From: Methanothrix sp.
GTDB taxonomy: Archaea > Halobacteriota > Methanosarcinia > Methanotrichales > Methanotrichaceae
Direction: 5' to 3'
DNA: 64,000 bases
NCBI GenBank assembly: GCA_025361645.1
Contig: JANYKI010000026.1
Coordinates: 18 to 64,017, forward strand
The position numbers and the translations under genes were made by a program. Positions 36,595 through 47,786 of this stretch are shown here, piece after piece. Within the stretch, counting starts at the first letter, position 1. Each line of letters opens with the position of its first letter. The notes under the pieces were generated by a model, which saw only the letters and a program-made list of their open reading frames with translations, did no database searches and was not told the origin of the DNA.

Positions 36595-37106
36595 GCTGCC
36601 TCCAAGATCTCAATGCCGAACTTCTTTGAGACGAACTCGATAGTATCGTCTTTATTCAGCCTCTGCCGGCTGGGAAGTTTCTTTTGCGCCACGCGCCGCA
36701 TTGCAATCCTATAGCCGGCTCTCTTCAAGGCCACAGATACGTCCATGCCGAATATGCCTATATCCGGATCGTATCGCATGCCTGGAAAGTCGGTGTGCTC
36801 CTCAATGCCGAAAGAGAAGTTGCCTTGCATGTCGAACTGGCTCCTTTTCAAGCTATTTCCTGTAGCCTTTAGGGCTATGATCAGGAAATCTTCCGCCGCT
36901 TTTCCTCGCAAGGTAAGCTTTGCACCGATAGGCTCATTCTTTTTGATCCCGAAGGTAGGTAGAGTCTTCTTGGCAATAGAACGAACGGGCTGTTGTTTGG
37001 TAATAGCCTTCATGATGGTTTCAGCATTTACCAGCCTTTGACCGCTCTCTCCTACGCCCACATGCACGACAACCTTGTTGACGCGGGGAATTAGATTGGC
37101 ATTCAT
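36591..37106 (-). CDS. rpl5: 50S ribosomal protein L5 (uL5)
   Basis: [11 protein letters not shown]...[10 protein letters not shown]...IGIFGMD. Confidence 0.97.
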   Translation of the reverse strand: MNANLIPRVNKVVVHVGVGESGQRLVNAETIMKAITKQQPVRSIAKKTLPTFGIKKNEPIGAKLTLRGKAAEDFLIIALKATGNSLKRSQFDMQGNFSFGIEEHTDFPGMRYDPDIGIFGMDVSVALKRAGYRIAMRRVAQKKLPSRQRLNKDDTIEFVSKKFGIEILEAA

Positions 37107-37808
37107 CTAAACTGCCCCCAGCTTGATGACAGGCTGATCTTTTCCGATCATGTAAACGTAATCCTTGATAGTCTCAAACTCCTTGTCGCCCGATATGATG
37201 ATGCGATTATGCTGGGAGCTCTTCACGGTTATGATCTCTTTGATCTTCCCCGTTTGGCCTGTATGCTTTCCGCCTACGACCATGGCCAGATTACCGATCT
37301 CAAAGCCGATCCGGTCTTCAATATTCTTATCTGGCAATGAGAGGACCAGAGAATCGCCAACCTTAAACTCGCCTTCTGCCAGCTTATTTGAGCCGTCGGA
37401 GAGGTTGAGCTGCTGCTTTTTGCCTGAGATTATGGTTTTATTCTCAATTCGGGCCAGCTTTTTCACGTCGTCCGTCTCAATAGGACGAAGATAGAACATT
37501 CCCTTCTCATCTTTGAGCATTCTATATTGCAGGTTGCTCGAGGGGACGGATATGACATCGAATATGCCTACAGGCAGCTTGTAATCCTTCTGGGTTTTTC
37601 CATCCACCAGTACCTTGCCCTCGTACAGAGCCCTCTTTGCCTCGCGGGCATTATCTACCAGCTTAAGCATATCTCGGATTACCATCACGAGAGGCATGCT
37701 ATCCTCTGCGCAATGAGGCCCGGGACTGGTCTTGGCAACCCATGAGTGGGTCTTTCTTGCAATAGGCCAGCTTACGGGAACCGTTACTCTCTTTTGATGT
37801 CTGCTCAT
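37107..37808 (-). CDS. rps4e: 30S ribosomal protein S4e
   Basis: HQKR...WPI.RK...PGPH; GGKHTG. Confidence 0.97.
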   Translation of the reverse strand: MSRHQKRVTVPVSWPIARKTHSWVAKTSPGPHCAEDSMPLVMVIRDMLKLVDNAREAKRALYEGKVLVDGKTQKDYKLPVGIFDVISVPSSNLQYRMLKDEKGMFYLRPIETDDVKKLARIENKTIISGKKQQLNLSDGSNKLAEGEFKVGDSLVLSLPDKNIEDRIGFEIGNLAMVVGGKHTGQTGKIKEIITVKSSQHNRIIISGDKEFETIKDYVYMIGKDQPVIKLGAV

Positions 37809-38173
37809 TCTGATCGCCTCGCGAAGATCTTTTCCCTCTCTGCGTCTTCAAGAATGAGCTTGATTATCATGACGTTGGAGGGATGGATAGTTCTCGGCAC
37901 TTCAGTTCCGTCAGCCCGGTAGTTGCTCACGCCTGCTACTTTGATGGTGCACCTCTTAAGGTCCACATCTTCGACCTCTCCTTCGGTGCCGGCATGATCG
38001 CCACGCATAACCTTGACGGTGTCGCCCTTGCGAAGCTGTGCATTGCGCCTCTTCAGCTCCTCACGCAAAGCTTTGCTCAAGGGTGCGTGCATGTACTTTT
38101 GACGCCTATGCAGCGGTGCAGTATACCTCGCTTTCCGCTGCTTCCTTGGCTGTTTTGTAATCATAATCATCAC
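37805..38173 (-). CDS. rpl24: 50S ribosomal protein L24 (uL24)
   Basis: [10 protein letters not shown]...[10 protein letters not shown]...IHPSNV. Confidence 0.97.
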   Translation of the reverse strand: MMIMITKQPRKQRKARYTAPLHRRQKYMHAPLSKALREELKRRNAQLRKGDTVKVMRGDHAGTEGEVEDVDLKRCTIKVAGVSNYRADGTEVPRTIHPSNVMIIKLILEDAEREKIFARRSE

Positions 38174-38568
38174 ACAATCATGGACGCCGCGGAAGCGATC
38201 TTGCTAAATCTTTCCGCTACCTCGCGGGCCACTGGTCCCTTAACCTCAGAACCCTTGGGAACGCCCTCGTCATCTACTATAACGGCGGCATTATCCTCGA
38301 ATTTTACCCTGAGGCCGTCAGGCCTTCTAAACTCTTTTCTCTGCCGGATGATGACAGCTTTAAAGATCTGTTTTCTCATCTCCGGACTTCCTTTTTTTAC
38401 AGATACTACTACTACGTCCCCAATCCCTGCGCGGGGCTGTCTATTTTTCACGCCTCGATAATTCTTGACTGCGATGACGTGTAGCGTCCGCGCACCTGTA
38501 TTGTCTACACAATCCAGGTATGCGCCAGTGTTGATCGCCCTTGGGATCTTGGCCTTTTGTCCTTTCAT
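38170..38568 (-). CDS. rpl14: 50S ribosomal protein L14 (uL14)
   Basis: CVDNTGA...FEDNAAV...KGPVAREV. Confidence 0.98.
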   Translation of the reverse strand: MKGQKAKIPRAINTGAYLDCVDNTGARTLHVIAVKNYRGVKNRQPRAGIGDVVVVSVKKGSPEMRKQIFKAVIIRQRKEFRRPDGLRVKFEDNAAVIVDDEGVPKGSEVKGPVAREVAERFSKIASAASMIV

Positions 38569-38894
38569 TTCAAGACCTCCACTACTACGTAGGATTTGGT
38601 CCTGGAAAGGGGCCTACACTCCGCTATCTTGACACGATCCCCTGACTTGGCATCAATGCAAGGGGGGTTGTGCGCATGGATTTTGGACTGCCTCTTCTCG
38701 AATCGTTCATACTTCGTTGCTTTCTTCTCGAACTTACGCATGACTACCACGGTACTGTCCATCTTGTCGCTGACCACGGTGCAACTGAAGACCTGGCCGC
38801 GCACAGGGAGAGTACCATGGAAGGGACACTTTGGATCATTGCACTCCTTTTCCGGCGCGCTAACGTCCAGTCCGATATCCCTCATAACTTCCAC
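38565..38894 (-). CDS. rps17: 30S ribosomal protein S17 (uS17)
   Basis: [10 protein letters not shown]...ECRPLSRTK. Confidence 0.97.
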   Translation of the reverse strand: MEVMRDIGLDVSAPEKECNDPKCPFHGTLPVRGQVFSCTVVSDKMDSTVVVMRKFEKKATKYERFEKRQSKIHAHNPPCIDAKSGDRVKIAECRPLSRTKSYVVVEVLK

Positions 38895-39175
38895 CTCGTT
38901 CTCTGCATTCTCTTGCTTATTCTGTTCTCTGGCTGTGAGATCAAGATTGAGCCGTAGACCCTCACGTTTTGCCCATCGGGCAATGTGAAGATAAGGCTCG
39001 TATTCCTTTTGGCAAGGCGCAAAACCTTGGCTTTCGTCTCCAAAAGGAACGTATTCCTGGTCTCGTCCACAACCTGGCCCTTAAGCCCGATCTGGCTCGA
39101 GTTGCTGCTTGTAACAACTCGCACCTCAAGGCCGATCAGCTCGTGCCTTGCCAGGCTTTCAGGATTTAGGTCCAC
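38882..39175 (-). CDS. rnp1: RNase P protein component 1 (Rpp29)
   Basis: HELIGL...[10 protein letters not shown]...QPENR. Confidence 0.95.
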   Translation of the reverse strand: MDLNPESLARHELIGLEVRVVTSSNSSQIGLKGQVVDETRNTFLLETKAKVLRLAKRNTSLIFTLPDGQNVRVYGSILISQPENRISKRMQRTRWKL

Positions 39176-39401
39176 TTACTTCGCTCCGTTTGGATCGTCT
39201 CGATCCCCTTCGCTCCGTTTGGACCGTCTTGATCCTGGCGACCGTTCTGCGTATGTCTCTGATTCTCCCCGGCTTTTCCGGGGCGCCACCTGCAGTAACG
39301 ATGCCTCTCTCTCGGATGAGCTCACTTTGAAGCTTTCTTAGCTCCTCTGTAATCTCCTCCGCGTTCATGTTTCTGATCTCATCAATCTTAAAGATCGCCA
39401 T
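39159..39401 (-). CDS. rpl29: 50S ribosomal protein L29 (uL29) with a duplication-derived C-terminal tail
   Basis: EIRNM...[22 protein letters not shown]. Confidence 0.95.
   Translation of the reverse strand: MAIFKIDEIRNMNAEEITEELRKLQSELIRERGIVTAGGAPEKPGRIRDIRRTVARIKTVQTERRGSRRSKRSEVSGPKS
39180..39237 (-). repeat. 29-bp-period tandem duplication at the 3' end of rpl29
   Basis: Minus strand: GGATCAAGACGGTCCAAACGGAGCGAA-GG-GGATCGAGACGATCCAAACGGAGCGAA; 2 mismatches between copies. Confidence 0.9.
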
Positions 39402-39407
39402 ATTGGA

Positions 39408-40226
39408 TCACTCTTCCTTGGCAGAAAGCTCACTATCTGCGTTCTCTTCGATGAGAGGCGCATCCTCTGTCACGCCTTCGGCCCTTGCCGGCTCATCCAG
39501 GGGGACGGGCGCAGCCACAGGCTCAGACTCTAAGAGCTGATCCAGATCGCTCTTTATCTCGAGAGCGGGCGTTGCCACGGGCACCGACTGCTTAGCCGCG
39601 GGCTTTGTTTCCACGACAGGCACAACGACCGGCGGTTTTTCAATCCGGAAGTCATCGGGAAGTCGCACGTCGGGCGGGATGATCCTGACCTGGCAGCCAA
39701 TTACGCCCAGTTTCTTCACGGCTACAGAGTAGCCTTTATCCACGAGATCAATAGCCGGCTTGCCGGAGTGCTTGATGTATCCGGAGATGAATTTCTCGGT
39801 TCGGGAGCGCGGACCTGTTAATTTGCCGCTGATCACAATCTCGCAGCCTAAAGCGCCCGCATCCATCACTCTTCTCATCATGGACTGACCTGCCTTTCGG
39901 AAGTACCAGCCACGCTCCAGAGAGGACGCGAGACGATTGGCCACAACTCTGCCGTTCAGGTCACCGCGGCCCACATCCTGCACATCAATCTGAGGATTAT
40001 CCAGATGGAATTTGCGATCCAGGTCGCGGGTGATCTTCCTGATCAATTTGCCGCCTTTTCCGATGACCATGCCCGGCTTTTCCGCATAGACAGTAATCTG
40101 AGTGCCCATGGGAGTACGGTTCATGACCATGCCGCCGTATCCTGCGCGTTCCAGCTCTTCCGCCAGATACTCATTGACGAGAGCTTTGGAGAGGCCCTCT
40201 GCTACGAACTTCTTTTCTACGGACAT
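39408..40226 (-). CDS. rps3: 30S ribosomal protein S3 (uS3)
   Basis: RTPMGTQI...PGMVIGKGG; acidic Pro-rich tail. Confidence 0.98.
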   Translation of the reverse strand: MSVEKKFVAEGLSKALVNEYLAEELERAGYGGMVMNRTPMGTQITVYAEKPGMVIGKGGKLIRKITRDLDRKFHLDNPQIDVQDVGRGDLNGRVVANRLASSLERGWYFRKAGQSMMRRVMDAGALGCEIVISGKLTGPRSRTEKFISGYIKHSGKPAIDLVDKGYSVAVKKLGVIGCQVRIIPPDVRLPDDFRIEKPPVVVPVVETKPAAKQSVPVATPALEIKSDLDQLLESEPVAAPVPLDEPARAEGVTEDAPLIEENADSELSAKEE

Positions 40227-40693
40227 CAGCTCTTCACCTCAGTGAGGACCATCTCCACAGAGACCGTCTCTGTGTTCTTGGGGGTGGCTCTTCCCATGGC
40301 GCGAGGCATCCATCCCTGGATGGTCCTGCCCTTCTTTGTACCAGCATGGAAGATCCTCATCTTCTCGGACTCCATCCCCTTGTACTCGGCATTGGCAAGT
40401 GCATTATCCAGGACGATCAAGACTGCCTTGGCGGCCTTTTCCGGATATCTGCCTGCATCCCATCCCACCAGGCCGTGCCTGTGGGCCACATTTCTTCTGT
40501 AGCGCTTGAAGGGAATAGCCCTCTTAAGAGCTATTACATCTTCCAGATAGGCACGGGCGAGGTTAGCCCTCATGCCTTTTAGCGTCCTGCAGATCTCGTG
40601 GGCGTGCTTAGGTGAGATGTGAAGCTCCATCCCCATGGCCCTTGAAGAGCGTCCTGCAGGCGTAAGCGAATAATTCAATCTGCCCAATCTCAC
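40226..40693 (-). CDS. rpl22: 50S ribosomal protein L22 (uL22)
   Basis: [10 protein letters not shown]...GRYPEKAA...MPRAMGRA. Confidence 0.97.
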   Translation of the reverse strand: MRLGRLNYSLTPAGRSSRAMGMELHISPKHAHEICRTLKGMRANLARAYLEDVIALKRAIPFKRYRRNVAHRHGLVGWDAGRYPEKAAKAVLIVLDNALANAEYKGMESEKMRIFHAGTKKGRTIQGWMPRAMGRATPKNTETVSVEMVLTEVKS

Positions 40694-40696
40694 ACC

Positions 40697-41107
40697 TCAC
40701 TTCAGCGGCACATACTTGCTTGATCTGGTAGCGCCCACGCCCGCGGCGCCGTGCTGCACGCGACCGCGCGTGAGCGAAAACTCGCCGAAGAAGTGCCCGA
40801 TCATCTCGGGCATGACCTCTACCTTTTCGAAGCTCTTGCCGTTGTAGATCTCGAGATTCTTGCCCACCATATCAGGCATAACTATCATATTCCTGATGTG
40901 GGTTCGAACCGAGTCCTTGTTCTTCAGGCTCGTCAGGAGATTCTTGTTATCCTTGACAAGGCCTCTTTTGATCGATCTGCGTTGCCGCGCTGGTAAGAGC
41001 CCGGCAAGCTCCTCTATACTCAACTTGGCGAGGTCGGCAACCTTCCGGCCCCGATACAAGAATTCTTCCTTTCTCTTAGGAAGCTTGGACCCTGCTTTTT
41101 TAGCCAA
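40697..41107 (-). CDS. rps19: 30S ribosomal protein S19 (uS19)
   Basis: RTHIRNM...MIGHFFGEF...GATRSSKYVPLK. Confidence 0.98.
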   Translation of the reverse strand: MAKKAGSKLPKRKEEFLYRGRKVADLAKLSIEELAGLLPARQRRSIKRGLVKDNKNLLTSLKNKDSVRTHIRNMIVMPDMVGKNLEIYNGKSFEKVEVMPEMIGHFFGEFSLTRGRVQHGAAGVGATRSSKYVPLK

Positions 41108-41117
41108 AACCTTTCAC

Positions 41118-41831
41118 CTAGCGCTTACCGGTTCTTTTTGCGGCAATTGAACCTACCTTTCGGCCAGGGGGTGCATTCCTGCTGACTGTCTTTGGCCGCC
41201 CTGGATGCTGACGTCCGCCGCCACCGAAGGGGTGGTCTACGGCGTTCATTGCAACGCCTCTGACGATGGGCCATTTCTTGGCTTTGGACTGGAACTTAAA
41301 GAAGCTCTTGCCTGCTTTGACCAGAGGCTTGTCCAGACGGCCTCCTCCGGCAACGACCCCGATGGTCGCCATGCATTTCGGGCTAAGCCATTTCATCTCA
41401 CCGCTGGGCAACTGGACGACGGTTTGACCCGCATCATGAGCTACGAGAATGGCGCACACTCCTGAAGCTCGGGCAAACTGGCCACCGTGACCCGGCTGCG
41501 ATTCGACGTTACAGATTGGTATGCCCTCGGGAATCTCCGCCAGATGCAGAGTGTTTCCCGGCTCTATGGGGGCCGATATGCCGCATGAGACTTCCTGGCC
41601 CACATACATGCCCTCGGGAACCAGGATGTATCTCATCTCACCGTTGCTTAAGGCCATGAGCGCAACAGGAGCTGTTCTCGCGGGATCGCGCATTATTTCC
41701 TGGACCACGCCTTTTATGGTCTCATCGCTATCGACTTTTATGTGCTTGATGTCCGCCCTGTACCTATGAGAGGGTGCCCTGTACGTAGGACCACCTGCAC
41801 CTCTGTTCTGAGATATGATTCGATGTCCCAT
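41118..41831 (-). CDS. rpl2: 50S ribosomal protein L2 (uL2)
   Basis: VRGVAMNAVDHPFGGG...PPGRKVG. Confidence 0.98.
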   Translation of the reverse strand: MGHRIISQNRGAGGPTYRAPSHRYRADIKHIKVDSDETIKGVVQEIMRDPARTAPVALMALSNGEMRYILVPEGMYVGQEVSCGISAPIEPGNTLHLAEIPEGIPICNVESQPGHGGQFARASGVCAILVAHDAGQTVVQLPSGEMKWLSPKCMATIGVVAGGGRLDKPLVKAGKSFFKFQSKAKKWPIVRGVAMNAVDHPFGGGGRQHPGRPKTVSRNAPPGRKVGSIAAKRTGKR

Positions 41832-41842
41832 ATTTTACCCAC

Positions 41843-42091
41843 CTACAGCAGTCCTAGCCTCGTGGCAAGCTCGTTCGCACTGCCCTCTTTCGCCAGCTTC
41901 ACGATGGCCTTCTTTTCTCCCCGGGAGGTTATCATGGTCCTGACTGCCAGGATATCGATATCATAAAGATCTTCCAGGGCTTTCTTGATCTCCGGCTTGG
42001 TGGATCTCATGTTCACCAGGAATTCTATGGTATCATTGGAGTCGATCATGCCGGTGACCTTCTCTGTGACGTAGGGACTCTTGATTATCAT
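41843..42091 (-). CDS. rpl23: 50S ribosomal protein L23 (uL23)
   Basis: PYVTEK...GEKKAIVKL. Confidence 0.96.
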   Translation of the reverse strand: MIIKSPYVTEKVTGMIDSNDTIEFLVNMRSTKPEIKKALEDLYDIDILAVRTMITSRGEKKAIVKLAKEGSANELATRLGLL

Positions 42092-42861
42092 TGTACTGCC
42101 TCCGGGCTGCCCTTTTTGGCCAGCATTTCCAGGGAAGACTCAGTCCAAACGGTCAGCCTTCCGGCTTTGGTCCCAGGGGCAAGCAGCTCAGCGTTCAGCC
42201 TCTCCACGGTGACGAAGTCCACACCGGGAAGATTTCGGGCGGCTTTTCCCAGTCCCAAATCGTTTCCGACAACAATGAGCACGCTCTTGCGGCTTTTATA
42301 TTTCCTTCCCCGCAGTTTGCCCTTGCCGGCACGAATATGTCTTCCATCCTTTGCCCTCTGAACGTCATCCCAGAGGCCCGCTGCCACCAGGAACTTGATG
42401 ACGTCTGTGGTCTTGCTCAAGGATTCGAGGTCGTTCTTGACCACAACAGGGAGCTCTCTCGTAAACCTGTGACCTCTTGCCTCGACCAGTCCCGACGAGG
42501 CCGTAGCGGCGATCGCAGAGCGGATGGCTTTGCGCCTCTCCTTTTTGTTGACCTTTTCGGTATAGTCTGCATTAGGCTGGGGGGCGTGAGACCGGCGGCC
42601 GCCTACGGCCATGGGTACGCCTGCAGCCTTTCTGCCGTTCTTCAATCTGGGAACTCTGGAGACGCCGTGTCCCGGACCCCATGACTGGGCAGAGGTATTC
42701 ATGCCCGCATAGAAGTGAGGTCCATAAGCCTGGAGTCTGTTGGCCTGTGCAGCTAGGACGGCCCTCTTGATTATATCCGGCCGGTATTCCTCCTCGAAGA
42801 CAGGAGGCAGCTCAATCTGGCCGCTTTCATTTCCCGATAGATCAATGATATTTGCCTTCAT
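42088..42861 (-). CDS. rpl4: 50S ribosomal protein L4 (uL4)
   Basis: YRPDIIKRA...[13 protein letters not shown]...[10 protein letters not shown]. Confidence 0.98.
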   Translation of the reverse strand: MKANIIDLSGNESGQIELPPVFEEEYRPDIIKRAVLAAQANRLQAYGPHFYAGMNTSAQSWGPGHGVSRVPRLKNGRKAAGVPMAVGGRRSHAPQPNADYTEKVNKKERRKAIRSAIAATASSGLVEARGHRFTRELPVVVKNDLESLSKTTDVIKFLVAAGLWDDVQRAKDGRHIRAGKGKLRGRKYKSRKSVLIVVGNDLGLGKAARNLPGVDFVTVERLNAELLAPGTKAGRLTVWTESSLEMLAKKGSPEAVQ

Positions 42862-42864
42862 CGC

Positions 42865-43869
42865 CTAGACCCCCTGCTTGGACTCTTGGCTCACATAGAG
42901 AAACTCGGGCACTTTCACGAAGTTCTTTCCGGGTCTTATGGCGTGTCTTATTCTGACCATCCTCTTGATGGGACCGGGAACGCTTCCCTTGATCAGGATA
43001 TATTGATTTCTAACTAGGCCATAGCCGGGAAATCCGCCTTTCGGATTTATTTGTGCGCCGTCGGTTCCGATGAACATGAGTCTTTTGTTGAACTCTGTCC
43101 TCTGGTGGTAGCCCATCTGGCCGAGTTGTGGAACGCGCCAGCTGATATGGGATGGGTGCCAGGGACCGAGGTTGCCCACGTGCCGCAATTTGCCGGTACG
43201 GGCGTGCTTTCTCTTGGCGATGGCAATTCCCCAGCGTCGCACTGGACCCTGGGTGCCCTTGCCTTTGGTGACGGCAGATGCATCCATTAGATCTCCCAGC
43301 TCAAATACGCTGGAGATGGGGATCTGCTGGCCCAGCAACTTCTGGGCAAAAGCGAGACGATCCAGCATGGAGCCGCCGCTCACCGGCATTTCCATGAGCT
43401 CTGGAACCTTCTTGGGAATTCCGGTTATGAGCATGGGATTGGTGTGTACCAGTACTCTAACATCTACGATATCGTCGCCCAGAGCCCGCAGGTCGTCGGC
43501 TGATGTCCCGCGAGTCTTCTTGGGAACGGTCAGAGCGCGAGCTAGTTCAGGGCTCAGGTTCTCGGACCAGGCCTCGCCGGCAGGCCGAAGGCCACCGTTG
43601 TAGTTCTCGTAGGCGCGCACAGCCACCACATTCATGGGGGGCACCTCCAGAACTGTTACGGGCATGGAGATCTCCACGCCCTCGGTGAGGCTCCTCGGTC
43701 GATCGTCGATCATCATGATGTGGGTCATGCCGGCCTTGTAACCGGCAAAGCCTGCCATCCTGGCCTTGTCCTCCTCGGGCCAGCTTCTAATTCTTGGGAC
43801 CTCGCTCTTGGCCCTCTTTCTTGGGCTGTAGGCCAGCGAACCTCGTCTTGGTCGGTGTATTGTTGCCAT
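42865..43869 (-). CDS. rpl3: 50S ribosomal protein L3 (uL3)
   Basis: HRPRRGSL...FAGYKAGMTH...GQMGYHQRTE. Confidence 0.98.
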   Translation of the reverse strand: MATIHRPRRGSLAYSPRKRAKSEVPRIRSWPEEDKARMAGFAGYKAGMTHIMMIDDRPRSLTEGVEISMPVTVLEVPPMNVVAVRAYENYNGGLRPAGEAWSENLSPELARALTVPKKTRGTSADDLRALGDDIVDVRVLVHTNPMLITGIPKKVPELMEMPVSGGSMLDRLAFAQKLLGQQIPISSVFELGDLMDASAVTKGKGTQGPVRRWGIAIAKRKHARTGKLRHVGNLGPWHPSHISWRVPQLGQMGYHQRTEFNKRLMFIGTDGAQINPKGGFPGYGLVRNQYILIKGSVPGPIKRMVRIRHAIRPGKNFVKVPEFLYVSQESKQGV

Positions 43870-44715
43870 TTAGTCCTCCAAACGCACCAGGTTGAGCAGG
43901 GCTAAAGTGGCAAAGACAGCCTCTTCCACGCGAACCGTCTCAGTTCCTTGATGCGGGATGGTGTTGATCATTTCATATCTGTCCATTGATTCCTTACTCA
44001 AGAAGGCATCTACGCCTCGTGCCGGTGAGCCGAAGACCACCGCAAGATCGCGCTTCTGGCCCTGTTGAACCATTTGAGAGAGGATTTCAGGCGTCAGGCC
44101 TTTTCCGTACCGGGAGGTAAGAACCACGTAGCCGCCTTGCTCATGCTTTGTAGCCAGGTAAGCTTCAAGGCCCTCCACTACTTCGGTCTCGTATCCCCAG
44201 TAATGAGGGATATCCTTGGGGTCCACAGGCTCAGCGGCGAGCGGTTCATGCGAAAAGATTCTGACATTTAGGCGCTGCCCCACCGGGATTCTTTCCTCGG
44301 TACGAAGGGGAATTGGGCGATTGATTCCGATTTCCACCCAGACGCCATTATCAGATCCGACGCTTTCAACGACTGCTCCGACGCGAAACTCGCCAATCTT
44401 GAGCGATTCTGATTTTGAGTTTATGGGATGATGAGCCGTACGTAGCGGCGGCAGAGTTCCGACATGACATAGCTCTTCCCGGCGCGGGATGAGCATCCGT
44501 CGCAGGTACTGCGGCGTTTCCATGTAGCGCAGCACCATAGCCATGAACCGCGAGTCATTACGCTCTGGATCGCGATAGATCACGATGCGGTTCATTTGGA
44601 AGACCGCTGCTGCCCGGGCGATTTGGCCAACCTTGAGCGTGTTGACACGCGAATCCCTACTCTCCATGGTGAGAGAGGACGGGATAAGGATGGCTCTCTC
44701 GCGGTGTCCGGTCAT
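43870..44715 (-). CDS. SPOUT-class RNA methyltransferase (DUF171 family)
   Basis: KVGQIARAAAVF...ETPQYLR...QGTETVRVEEA; conserved position upstream of rpl3. Confidence 0.9.
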   Translation of the reverse strand: MTGHRERAILIPSSLTMESRDSRVNTLKVGQIARAAAVFQMNRIVIYRDPERNDSRFMAMVLRYMETPQYLRRMLIPRREELCHVGTLPPLRTAHHPINSKSESLKIGEFRVGAVVESVGSDNGVWVEIGINRPIPLRTEERIPVGQRLNVRIFSHEPLAAEPVDPKDIPHYWGYETEVVEGLEAYLATKHEQGGYVVLTSRYGKGLTPEILSQMVQQGQKRDLAVVFGSPARGVDAFLSKESMDRYEMINTIPHQGTETVRVEEAVFATLALLNLVRLED

Positions 44716-44745
44716 CAGGTTTCCCTACTCTGAAGAGAGAGGAGG

Positions 44746-44760
44746 TATAAAAAGGTTTGG
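44746..44760 (-). promoter_or_regulatory. putative BRE/TATA promoter of the SPOUT-rpl3 operon
   Basis: Minus strand CCAAACCTTTTTATA about 31 nt upstream of the ATG at 44715; a similar CCAAACCTTTAT lies upstream of rpl15e. Confidence 0.5.
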
Positions 44761-44804
44761 AGAAGGAGAGGAGCGATCTCGATGTCAGGAAGGCGGAGCG
44801 TAGG

Positions 44805-47091
44805 TCAGTCTTTGGAGAAGGCGGCCTGGATCAGGCTTAGGCCCCGGTCCCTCTTGTAGGCTTCGGCTACTTCCTTTAGCATGGCTTCGATCTGCACTTG
44901 AGTATATTTGAGTTCCGATGCCATGCCGGATAAAGCGTTGATGTCGCTTTCTGTTTCTGCGTGTCCAATAGACGCATCAATAACGCAGCTTAAAGCCACT
45001 AGCCTTAATCCCTCCTTCAACCGGCCTTGCTCCCTTGCTAGGAAGCCAAGCTGGTGGAATGTCGCAGCTTCGCACACCCGGTCGCCGATCTGCTGCACGA
45101 TTTTCATGGCCTTCTCGAAGTTTTCACGTGCAGCTTCGTAATCGCCTTTCTCCAAGTCGATATAGGCCAATTGATGCCAGATTAGGGCCTCACCCGCCAG
45201 ATTACCGATCTGTTCCCAGATTTTCATGGCCTTCCCGAAGTTTTCACGCGCTCCTTCGTAATCGATCTTCTTCAGATTGATCGTGCCCAGAGAATGCCAG
45301 GTCGCAGCTTCGCCCGTCCGGTCGCCGATTTGTTGCACGATTTTCATGGCTTTCCCGAAGTTTTCACGCGCTGCTTCGTAATCGCCCTTCTCCAAGTCGA
45401 TCGAGGCTAATCCGTGCAAGGCGAATCCGACTTCTTTTTGATTCAAGCCTACAGAAGCATCGATGCTGCTTTGATACCAGATTCGGGCTGAATCATACCC
45501 CCCTTGATCTGCAAAAGTTCTCGCTATCCAGATCATTGGCAAAGGATGCCGTGCCGGTCAGCCTCTTCCAGATTTGACTCAAAGTTGTCTAGCAGCAGTA
45601 GGAAGCGCCCTTCATTCAGAGCAGCAACTGCATCATGCAGTCTGCTTTCCACCGAGATCTTGGGATTATTCAGATTCTCGGCCAGGACTGCAAGCTCATC
45701 GGCCTTTTGCGTATTTCCCCGAGCTTTATGCATTCTTGCCGCTTTCCGGAAAGCATCACCAAAGGCCTGCAGCAGACGCGCCGAGTTCAAAGGATTCTCT
45801 TTGGAGCTGGGGACAGGGATCAGGATGAAACCGCTGGTTTCCAGCTTGCGAGCCAATCTGGTGGCCAGGGTGCTCTTGCCGCTGCCTCCCTGGCCGGTGA
45901 TGATCACGACCTGCAAATCACCGCTTCGCAGGGCGGGCAGGAGGCGCTGCTGCTCGCCCCTTCGACCAACAAAGTGCTCGGCGTGACCCTCTTTCATGCC
46001 GGGCAGAGCCTCCAGAACCATGTTTTGCCGAGTTAAAACTTCGGCTGGCTTATCGGGATCGAAGATCTGGATCTGATTGGTGGCGACATAGATAACGGGC
46101 AAGGTCTAGGATGGATCGCCTCGCTTTTCGCAGGCCTTCCAAGCTTCCTGGCGAGCCAAAAGGAGGGCACGGTCCACCGGCAGGCCGTCTTTGAGCGTTC
46201 TGTAAAACGTGCGGGCGAAATTGGTGGCCAGGTCGTCGGCGATGGAGGCGGCCTAGCCCACGGCCAGAGGCACCTCGGCACCTACCAGGCTCTGGCAGAT
46301 GCCGCTCAAAGCCTGCAAGGGCGCCTTGCCCGACTGGCAACCGCTCACAAAAACGCACTGCACGCCCGAACCAGCCAAAAACAGGCGCAGATCTTCCGAG
46401 GGGACGAGATCTGCGATGCCATCTTCTTTCTCGAAGGCAAAGCGACCCTGGCCATCCAGGACTGCGCCGTGCCCGGTCAGGTGGACAACGTGGGGCTTGA
46501 ACTCGCTCACCTTCTCCTTTAGCTCCTCAAAGGTGCCCAGGTCGCAAGAATCGAAGGCTACGTCCTGATCGTAAATGGCCCGGAATAACGCCTCCTCTTC
46601 CCGTTCGTAGTCCAGAGTCGGCTGATCCGAAGGAGAGCAGGCCATGAAGAGCAGGCGCAAAGGCCGGGCACGAAGCTCTCCTGTGAAAGGGGGCCATCTG
46701 CTTGACGGAGGAAGGAAAACGGCGGATTCTGAAGAGTGGATTGATGCCCAGGAAGTCACTATCCGGAGGAAGCAAGAGCTCCCAGGGGAGGTTAAGGATC
46801 TCAGGGATCTCCGAGGCGATGACCAGGAACCGAAGAGAGCCCACAGGAACTGCAGCCTTGATCTTCTCCCAGGACTCGCTAGGCGTCAGCATCTTTTTCC
46901 GGCCTGCAGCCCTGCTCGAAAAGGGCACCAAAGCCACGAGAGATCTCCCGCACTGCCTGAGAGTCAGGCAGGGAAAGGCTCTGGTTGCTGTGGAGAGCTT
47001 TTCCATCGAGCAGGATATGAAAGAGATAAGCGGTATTGGGACGCTCTCCTGATTCTTTTATGAACAATGTGATGATTGGCTCCTGGCCCAT
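44805..47091 (-). pseudogene. multiply disrupted CHAT (caspase-like) protease-STAND NTPase-TPR gene
   Basis: CHAT motifs LNLPWEL, HLTGHG, FVSGCQS; in-frame TAG at 46253-46255 between VPLAVG and AASIADD; P-loop GQGGSGKS, LLLLDNFE; TPRs in 44805..45542; frame breaks near 46880, 46680 and 45540. Confidence 0.85.
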
Positions 47092-47168
47092 GGTCTTGCC
47101 TCCGGCGCATAGATTCCAGAAGCAACATTTCAGGACAGCTAAATAAGGTTCACGATCGTTCTCCGAAA

Positions 47169-47306
47169 CTACGCTACCTGGTATGAGACTCCGAAAGCCT
47201 GAAACTCCTCGGTTTCCTGGCGCTCCAGCTTGGCCTTGATCTGCTCGAATCTCCTCACAATCTCCTGCGAGTACAGCCTCTCTTTGCAGCGCAGGCAGAC
47301 CTCTGC
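47169..47306 (-). pseudogene. C-terminal half of a YgiT-type zinc-finger protein
   Basis: Hand translation AEVCLRCKERLYSQEIVRRFEQIKAKLERQETEEFQAFGVSYQVA*; first CxxC and start codon missing. Confidence 0.7.
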
Positions 47307-47315
47307 ACAGAATCT

Positions 47316-47786
47316 TCAGATCAACGGCTCAAACGTCCTGGCATCCAGCCGGATCCTGTTCTGGCAGTAGCTGCTGATCGTCTCCAGCCACCCGGCCCCG
47401 GCCAGCGCCTCCTCTACCTCCTCCTGGGGCGTGAGATATTGTGTCATCTCCTCCCCGCATTTGGGATTGATCACCTTCGGCCACTCCAGCCGGGAGAGCT
47501 CTCGCAGGGTCTTGATGAGCAGGCCGACGGCATCGGCATATCTCTCCTCCCGGAATACCAGAGGCCGCATGTGCTCGATGAGGAAGGGCAACGCGGCTCC
47601 CTCCTCCAGCAGGGGGATGATGAGCATATCCAGGCCCCGGGCCAGGCCGATCTCCTGGCAGACCTCTGGCCTAAACTCCGCACCTTTTAATAACCAGGTT
47701 TGCCTCGATAGGAATTCCGATTTTGATATCTCCGTTAGCTTCCATTTTCCTCCGACTTTGACCGCCCTGAGCTTCGCCAGTTCCAT
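47316..47786 (-). pseudogene. chimeric ORF: excisionase-like HTH fragment joined to a TIR-like C-terminal fragment
   Basis: KLRAVKVGGKWK resembles an HTH_17 wing; QEIGLARG.DMLIIPLLEEG..LP resembles the second half of a TIR-type domain; base composition shifts near 47690. Confidence 0.45.

Noticed and set aside
39408-39640. Acidic Pro-rich tail of uS3
   Set aside because: Such tails are common in methanogen and haloarchaeal uS3.
28661-44803. Numerous + strand ORFs of 60-200 aa opposite ribosomal protein genes, and similar shadows elsewhere
   Set aside because: Antisense shadows of GC-rich coding sequence with no recognisable motifs.
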